Virus record (IMG/VR): IMGVR_UViG_3300021368_000894
Location: 1 to 52,512 of that record
Source: a virus
Taxonomy: Duplodnaviria > Caudoviricetes
Strand: one strand, 5' to 3'
Length of the DNA: 52,512 nt
Within the stretch, counting starts at the first letter, position 1; each line of letters opens with the position of its first letter. The notes under the pieces were generated by a model. It ran no database searches, was not told the origin of the DNA, and worked only from the letters and a program-made list of their open reading frames with translations. The position numbers and the translations under genes are program-made. Positions 16,431-25,900 of this stretch are shown in pieces.

Positions 16431-16955
16431 TTATTCTGCAATTTTGTAAACTAATGCGTGACTAAAATCTAGCAATGTACAATCATTGCCATTGAATCCT
16501 GTGCCATGATAGAACTGCAATCTTAAAGTAGAACCTTGATTAAGCTGATACATAGTTGCTAATGATGTAGATGCTGTGTACTGACCGCTAGCATCTCTAC
16601 AATAAGAACCTCTAGCTTCTTCTGGTTGAGCAGATCCATCAACAACCCATCGATGCCAAACAGTCCAACGATATGAACTATCTTGGGTAGTACTCTCAAT
16701 ATATCCTACATTAGCATAGCAATAATAGATTCCATCTTCTGGAACAGTGATTTCAGAAGTAGAAACAGTAAAACCACCCTGATTAATAACAGTAGAATTG
16801 AACACATTTTTTTGTGTCCAATTAGTTCCGCCATTAGTCATGTTAGTCCCAGCAGGTCCTAATCTAACTTTGACGAGGGGGATAACTGATGATCCCCCTC
16901 CTTGTGGTGGTTCTACCGAGTTATAAAGTAACTCGTCGCATTCAATAGCACTCAT
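16431..16955 (-). CDS. C1q/TNF-like domain protein, paralog 1
   Basis: EITVPEDGIYYCYANV and LNQGSTLRL motifs; terminal strand ALVYKIAE. Confidence 0.75.
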   Translation of the reverse strand: MSAIECDELLYNSVEPPQGGGSSVIPLVKVRLGPAGTNMTNGGTNWTQKNVFNSTVINQGGFTVSTSEITVPEDGIYYCYANVGYIESTTQDSSYRWTVWHRWVVDGSAQPEEARGSYCRDASGQYTASTSLATMYQLNQGSTLRLQFYHGTGFNGNDCTLLDFSHALVYKIAE

Positions 16956-16979
16956 TGCTTTTGTATAGACTCCTCATTC

Positions 16980-16986
16980 TATTTAT
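16980..16986 (-). promoter_or_regulatory. T4-type late promoter (ATAAATA) fused to the upstream TGA stop
   Basis: TGA-TAAATA then GAGGAG, about 25 nt before the ATG at 16955. Confidence 0.75.
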
Positions 16987-19900
16987 CAAAGTATCTGCCA
17001 GATGCCATTGACGATTACTGTATTTCCACTAGCGATAACAACGTCTCCTGTAGAGAATGCATTAGTTCCTGCAGGAACAGTTACATTTTCAGAAATAGTA
17101 GATCCTGAAGCCTTGATAATACCCTGACTATCTAACCATTGAGCACTTCCATTAGCTTGTAATCCAGACTTAGCATTAATAACACCAGTAACATCAGCAC
17201 CGCCAGTAGTGATAGTTAGAGCACCTTCAAGTCTAGATGTACCTTGAACACGAAGGCGACCAGATTCACCATTATCAGTGAAGTCCTCGCCAACATCAAG
17301 AGTATATGCTGGTGTTGTTTCACCAATACCAACTCTGGAGTTTCTGTAGATATTAGTTCCATTTTCAGTCCAACGTGAGGTGACAAACTCACTATCATTC
17401 TGATAGAGAATACCAGAGAAGTTGACATCACCAGCAACGTTTAGAGAATACTGAGTAGTGCCATTTACAAATGCAGAAGTACCAATTCCAATCTGATCAT
17501 TACCGATGAAAGTATTACCACCATGAGGATTAGCATGATGTGGAGTTCCGCTATAGACTCTAAAGTTACGGCAAGAAAGAACATTACTTGCTGTTCCATT
17601 AATAGCAGTACCACCAGAATTGGTAACCGTCATTGCAAATACAATGGTATCACCTGGATTTAGATTGGTGATAGCAGCAGAGAAGTTTCTGTACGCAGTT
17701 GCATTAGCAGCATTACCATCCAGATAAGTAACTGAATTGTAATCATCTGTAATTACAGGTGTTCCATTAACACTAATTCTATATCCATAGAATCCAGAGT
17801 TAGTTTTAGTGGACCACTTAATTCTAAGATCACCAGTCTTCTCAGCAACAAATGTATTTACATCGTAGTAATTTGAGTTGCCATTATTATTTGCTGTCTC
17901 AATTTCTCTATCGTTAAAGAATACCAGATAAGCATCCTGATCACTGTAACTAATAGCAGAAGCATTTTCTGTGTGTACTTGACCATTAACAGATAACTTA
18001 TATGGAATGTTTAATGGAGACTGACCGATACCAACATTTCCAGAACCTGTTTCAATGTCTCCACCAGCTCTTAGTAGTAGAGAAGTTGAGAGACCAGTGA
18101 TATCAGCATCTGCTCCGCTACCAGCAGCACCATTGAAATACAAATCAGCAAGAGATGTTGTCGCTGGATTATTGGTGCCATAATCAGATGGTGCTCTAAA
18201 GATGTTCCAGGTATAAGCATATCCACCATTCTGGAAAGCAATACCTTGTTCGTGTTCGTTAGTACCAGTTCTGATAGTTAAAGCACTACGGAAATCATTG
18301 CCAGTAGTGAATACATTCAACTTACCATTTTGAGATGGTGTTGCTGAAGGTGATGTGCCTACAAGTACGTTACCGTTTGCTTGATCAGCATAGATCAAGT
18401 TATTACTAGAATCAACTCTAAAGGTTCCTTCAACATCTAGTGAATCAGTAACATCAACATCCCCATTGACTGTTAGCAATCTAGTAGTAGCATTACCAAT
18501 AGTTAAGTCGCCATCAAGTGTTCCACCTGTAATTGGTAGGTTACCAGTTGCAGCACCATCTAGAGTTGCTGTAATAGTACCCGCAGCGAAGTCGCCATTA
18601 GAATCTCTGGCAACCAATTTACCATTAGCATTAGTATCATATCCTACAGGATTATTGCCATCAAGACCATCATCAAATAGTAAATTAGCAGCGTTGAATA
18701 CTACGTTATTATTGACTGTAAATGAATCATTATTAACAACTTCAACATCTAGAGTTCCTCCTCCATTGCTTCCGTTACCTCCAGATGCAATGATACGAGA
18801 ATCATATGTAACAGATGTAGAACCAGATCTGAACTCTACAGATGGTGTTGTACCACCAGAAGGATCATCTTTTCTACCAAGAGTTAACTTGCCATCTTCT
18901 AGTTTAGCACCTTCATAAACAGTTTGAGTGGTTTCATTATTAGGAGGAAGGATGATTCTATAATCAGCAAATGGTGGTCTATTAGAAGCACTACCAATAG
19001 TTAATGCGCCAGTAAATCCTCCATTAGTAATGTAACCAATGATAATACTATAGTCACCGGATGTATCTTCAGCAGATGCAGGGTTTGGTGGTACAGGTAT
19101 CTCATCATTTGTGATGATGTTTGTAATCTGGAAAGAACCTACCGCGTTTGAAGTCGAATCGTAAAGGTTAACTACCTGGAAAGAACCATTATCAATAAAT
19201 GGTAATCCTGTCAGCAATTGACCAGGAACATAAACTTCATAATATTCAAAGTTGTTGATCTTTCTAATGGTAAGGGAATCCTTTACATTAGTTTCATCTA
19301 GGTATTCTGGGATTCTGTTGGTAGATAGAATACCAAAATTAATATTGTAAGCAGTTTGATACCACTTGCCTTGCTTGTTATCAAGTTTGTCGGCATCAAG
19401 ACCAGTGTCTACGCCATCGTTTAGAGATGTCCAAACTTTATACCAACTACCAAAATTATTTGCAGGTGTAGTACCAGAACCACGAATCCATAGATTATTG
19501 TTATCAGTAAATGCTAACTGTCTTACACCACCATAAGTAGCGTCAGTTCCACTAGCACCATTTCTTGCAGTTAGTACCAAGTGACGGATACCACCATCAT
19601 CTAGTCCATCAGCAGAATTATTTTTAGTTTCTGCTTTGAAACCAGCTGGGAATTGAGATGGGTTAGAAGAAGAACTTAATGCACCTACATCTGTGTTCAA
19701 TCTCAAGGTATTACCAGAGGAACCAGAAATATTAATATTATAAGTACCAGACAATCTATCTGTTGCTAATAGACCTGCTGAGAGGTTACTAGCGTTTGTA
19801 TAGTATGTTCCTTGGAATCCGTCAAGCAAGTCAGCATTGAGGTTACTTCCATCACCAGTCTTGAGTTCTACAGAACCATTACCATCAAGTCCAACATTAA

Positions 19901-22900
19901 ATTGCGACTTCTTAAATCTAGAAACACCAACTGTGCCATAAAGATCCTGAGAGATAGTCTGCTCAGTTACTCTCTTAACATCAATAGTTGTGTTAGCATA
20001 GTTTCTAGTTACTTCACCAACTTTTGCCAAAAGAACGGCATTAGAACCTGCTCCCAATTGAGGTGGTAGTGAGGTTACTGTGAAATCTCCAGTAGTATAT
20101 CCACTACCACCGTCAGTTACAACAATGGTAGTAATATTTCCGGTTCCATTAACAGTGATGTTCGCTTTTAGACCAGAACCATTTCCACCAGTAAGTGGAG
20201 TGTCATTATATGTTCCAGGTGTGTATCCAGTGCCCTGATTAGATAGGATGATATTATCAACAAAAGCGCCGATAGTAAATGTTGATTCTAATACAAGAGG
20301 AGAACTTCCTCTTTCAAACTCAATTACTGTTCCAGAAGGGATTTCTTGAGTTAAAGTCTTATCAAGAGAGATTTCTGTAGTTCCAGCAGAAGTAACTACA
20401 TTAGTAATTAATGTATCTGCTTGGATACCAGAAACATTATTAATTACCTCATGACCTTTAAGTACATCTGAGTTAGTTGCGAAAGATAATGTACTAGAGT
20501 TAATAGCACCAGTAGCACTAGTAATAGCAAAGTATCTTGTTTCTGCTCCCTTCAGTGATTGCATGACGGGAGCGAACGCTTGGTCTCCACGTAAGAATGT
20601 AAACGAGTTAGCAGCAGCTGAGTTTTGTGCTAGTCTCGATGTGGAGATAATTCCAGATGTAATATCAGAAGCAGCAATCTGGTTAGAGGATAGTGCTACC
20701 CAGTTAGCAGCGTTAGTAGAAGAGGTATTATATACTCTAGTTAGATTGACAGTAGCACCATTGTCATCATCGATGAAGTCAGTATCCTCCATCTTAACTG
20801 CGTTAACAATGTTACCATACAATCTACTTTCAATTAGAGCAGTTGCAGTTGCTTGAGTTCCACCGCCACCAGGAGCATCAATAGTAATATTTGGATTAGC
20901 GGTATATCCTAAACCTCCAACATAACCATTGAATAGATTAATAGTCAGAGAAATAACGGAACCATTAGCAACAGTTGCGGTTACATCTGCTGCTTGAGTT
21001 GGTGTTCCTCCATCAGAAGGAGTTACAGTTACAGTTGGTGTTGATACATATCCAGAACCACCTGCTGTAATGTTTACTTTGTAAACTACACCTGCTCTAT
21101 ATTCTGTTGCCTGAATCTGAGATCCAGAACCACCTAAAGATCCACCAGAATCTCTAGAAACATACACGTCATTGACGGTGAATGCTAGAGCAGGGTTTTC
21201 ATTAAATGCTAAGAACTGACTTTCAGTATCATCATTAAGAATGAATGATTGTGATGTATCATTCTGAATAACAATGTCACCTGCAAGAGCACCACTATCT
21301 CCATAGATTGTATTTTCGCTAATTCTTGCTGCTTGATCTGCTACAGTGTAAACACTGAAAGGTCTTAGTGCAGGAATCTGATCTAGAGAAATCTTACCAG
21401 AATCAGTAAGTTCAACTAGTGCTCTAGGAACAGCGTTCGTAGAGTATGGTTTGTTGATGTAAGGTCCAAGGTTGTTAGTGATGAAGTCCTTAACCGCCTT
21501 CTGAGTTGGGATCTTACTATCAGAAGAAGTAGCGCCACCGAGTGTATTGGATGCGTCGAAACCAGTAACAACAACGTCGCCACCCTTCAGTTTCAAGAAC
21601 TCAACTTCCGAGATGGTAACCGTACCTGTGAAGGTGATAGCACCAGTTCTGTTCTCAATCTTAGCGAAAGTACCAACCTTAAAGTCACCCAGTTCGTCAG
21701 TACCAGAAACATATACACGACCGTAGTCTTCCGATACTTGCTCATTGGCATCAACCTTAACGCCACCATTCTCGGGTAGAGCATTATAGTTTGTACCAGA
21801 ACCTGCAAACTCCCAAGTGTGAGAAGAAGAGTTAACGATAGAAGGTCTGTGTAGAGAAACTTTAGGATTACCTCCATAGTTTGCTACATTGTAAGCAACT
21901 AAGTCTGTACTTAGAACAACTTGATTGGTAGCTTCATCAATTAGTTCTAAAGCATCTCCTGTTCCATTATCAAGTGTTAATGCAGAATTGAATGGAGGTC
22001 CTACAGTTCCACCAGTTAGAGATTCGATGAAGTATTCATCATCCGGGTCGGCGTTTCTATAACCATCAACTTTTACAATATAATCTTCTAGAGGTCTTCT
22101 TCCAAGATTCTCTACATTAATAATAGTTCTTCCTGTAACTGTGTTGGAGACCGAAGCAATGGTAGCGCGGATATAAGTACCACCACCTGTTGTATAACCT
22201 TGATCAAACTCATATGCATCTTTTCTGAATCCTCTTGCCCTTAGAGCAAACGTACCAAAGTTTGTAGCAGAGTTGGTGATAGATGCGTAACCACCAGATT
22301 CAGAAAGGACGCCATTTTCAGCAAAGATGACGAAGACAGAAACTAACTGGGTATAACCATCATTGGTAACCTTATATCCTGTACCACCAAATGTGATAAT
22401 AGTAAAGGCAGCAGCAACCATTGACTTACCCTGGTTGGGGAAAGATGCTGTTCCATCAAGTTCCAGACCAGGGAAAGGTGAGTTAGGTTGAGCAACCTTA
22501 TCTCCGTCGATCTCAGCACCGCCACCACCTAGGAAGGAGATAACAGAAGCGTTCTGAGTATATGGTGATGCCTCAATGATGGGCAGATCATCATATGTAG
22601 TGGTTGGAGTAATTAACTTATTATCTTGATCATACAGATAATTATTTGGTCTGCTTAGAATATTAGTTGTGTCAAATAATGTTCCATATGTACGTGTTGT
22701 TGCACCAGGAAGAATAGTTCCATCTAAAATCTGCTCAAGCAAGAGCATGGAAGTATTAATTGTAGTAGCAACATTGTTGCACATTGGTTGATCACCAGTT
22801 GTGTAAATGGCGATCGAGTTGTTTTGAGTTCTTACAAAAGTGTGAGCAGACTGTGGAAGGTGCTTGACACTATTAGAAGTTGCACTAACAAACGTATGTG

Positions 22901-25900
22901 GAGATTGTGGAAGATGTCTTACAGCATCTGCAGTAGCAGTAAGAAGTGTCGCGTAACCAACAATTCCAGAAGTAATGTTAACAGTAATCTGACCATTTTG
23001 TCTCTTGACTCCGTTAGCAGTTGCACTAACAAAAGTGTGTGCTCCTGTATATGCAGATGATCCTACCTCGATATCAAAAGTGTTTGTAGTTACGTTTTTA
23101 ATAGGTAACCAGCGACCACTTGGATAATCATATCCAGCACGAGGATATGATTTGTTGATTGGAGAAGACTCTCCTTCTGGTTGACATGAGAATGTCAATG
23201 AAGAATCATCTACTTTAATATAATCACCTTCAGTAAAGTTGTGAGAAGCAATAGTTAATGTTACGACACCGATCATAGCGTCATAAACAGCATTAGTCAC
23301 GGTGTGATCAGAAGAACCAACACTTGTGATAGATAGAGACTGTCCAGAGAAAGAATCTACTCCAGGACGTGGTAGAAGTCCACCATCAAATGTTAGTGAG
23401 TTGTCTGTTAGAATGACTCCACGACCAACACCCAGTCCATGCTGACCAATATCAAGAACTAAATCGCCAGATCCAGAATCGTAACTACCAGATGTTGGTT
23501 GGAAGTCTACATTATCAGCAGACTTGCCTGCATTAATTGTAATTGTGGTATCAGTAACTGCTGAGATAGGAATAGATCTACCAGCAAATGGATCAATTCC
23601 TGGACGTGGATAAGTCTTGGTAGACTGGTTGCCGTCCATGTCGCAAGTAAACGACAAGGAGTTGTCGTCAAGTACAATACCCGCACCAATGTATAGACTA
23701 TGTGTTCCAATAGTTAGCGTTAGTTCTCCAGAAGCAGGATCATATGTAGCAGCGGTAGGAGTAAATTGTACATCCGCCGCAGATGCTCCTACATTTACAC
23801 GAAGCGTATTTGCATCTACTACTGTTACTGGCAGATCGCTATCAAATGCTGTTTGACCAGCGCCTGGGAGGTAGTGTTCAGTCTTGTTGCTATCCATAGC
23901 ACAAGTGAACGTAAATGACTGAGGAGCAATTCTCATCGAGTTGCCACTTCCAGTCAATCCATGACCAGTTACAGTAACATCAAAGTTACCTGTAGCAGGA
24001 TCGTATGTAGCATTAGAAGGAGTGAATAGTTCTTCTAGATCCGCATTAACATCAGGGAGAATATTCCAATCCTCAAATCTAGATGCAGTGAAAGGACTAT
24101 CTAGATCAATTTCTTCTGGGACAATAAACGTTCCATTTGCTAATGCAGAAGCAAAGGTATGTGCTACACCAGCAGCAGTTCCAGCATCACCAACGTTTAC
24201 AGTGATAAGAGTATTAGCACCGGAAGTAGATACAGCAGTAATTAAAGTGCTCTTACCATAATTACGGTCTGTTGGAGTTGGACTTGCATGAGTTCCAGCA
24301 CCGCCACCAGGATCGCATGTAAATGTGAGAGCACCTTCTTTAAATGCAACTCTATCTCTGTTTTCTACAGGAACAAACGTCAGTCCCGATGTTGTTACAG
24401 TAAGAACTACATCTCCAGTTGTTGAATCGTATGTAGCAGTGGATGGAGTAACCTGGAAGTAGTTTCCATTTGTCCAGTTACGCATCGCTTGACGAGCGTA
24501 CTTACGTGCTTGTCTGAAAGCATAGATAGTTGCTCCTAACTGTGCTTCAGGAACTCCTGTAAGTGCTTGTCCGGTATAATAGTTCTCAGCAGCATTAACA
24601 ATGCCTCCATTTCCACCCAGAGCGAGATCTCTAACTAAACCAGATAGAACTAGTTCAATATCTCTCTTGCACTTGTATGCTCTGTCTGTGGATAGTTTAA
24701 GAGCAGGATAGAAAGAAATTGCATCTCTATATGATTGATCAGCAATTAGAGTTTTGTTTCTAGCAATTAGATAAGCAGCATCTAGATATGTTCCATTAGT
24801 ATTGTTAGCAAGGATATCATTAAATAAGAAGACAAGAGTGTTGATGGATGCCTCTACATCAGCACAGACTGGAGTGCCAGCAGTTGTGCTAATTACAGTT
24901 GGATCTTTATATCTACTTAGAGCAGAATACTCTGGTACATACTCTGGATTATCAGAAGTTCCATCTCCTGTAATCCAATTTCTCATAGCAAGAATAATCA
25001 ACTGTCTAGCATATTCAAATGCTCTTACAGTTTGAATAATCTCATTATCTACATAATCAACTCTAGCTCCAGCGATATAATAATTTGCTGCTTCAATAAC
25101 ATGAGCATTAGATCCATACTCAAGATCCATTAGAATCGCATTTACAAAGTGACCTACATCTCTATAGCACTTAGAATCTCCACCAGGGATATTGAATCCA
25201 GGATAAATCTTCTGACCCTGAGAACATGAAATTACAATATCTTCGATTTTAACAACTTTACCATCTTTCAGTCCGGGGATTCCTGCAGTGGTAACAGTTC
25301 CAATACCTGTAGTATTATCATATACAAATCCAGTTACAGAATACTCAGTTCCTTCAAATGTTACTGTTCCTCCAGAAACATAAGTATGAACGAAATCATT
25401 TGGATTAGTTCTTACTTGGAAAGTGTTTAGAGAAGTATCAACACCTTCTACAGCAAAATGCTTTTTAGCAAACTGATCATTTAGTTTTAGAACAACTTCA
25501 TCTTTGATGAACTCAATATTATTTCTGATTAGATTGCAAGCATCTTGATATCTTCTAGAAACATATGCTGCTCTAGAAAACTTGTTTGGAGAGTTGAGCA
25601 AAGATAATGTCATGTAAGACATTACAGACTTTACTTCAACAACTCCTGTTGGTTGGTAATTATCTGTAGTGAGAACTGTAGTCTTTTTAGGAATAACAAA
25701 TCTTCTGGATCTGCCATCAGCATCTCTCAAGATTTTATAGATTCTCTGCTTACCATTAAGGAAAGAAAGATCTGGTCCAGAAGTTGGCAAACCAGTGATT
25801 TCAATTTCTTGACCTTCTTTGAAATCATGTACATTTGATCTTCCTACGAGATCATTTGTATAGAAAATGATACCACCTAGATCTTCTGCATTACCTTCTA

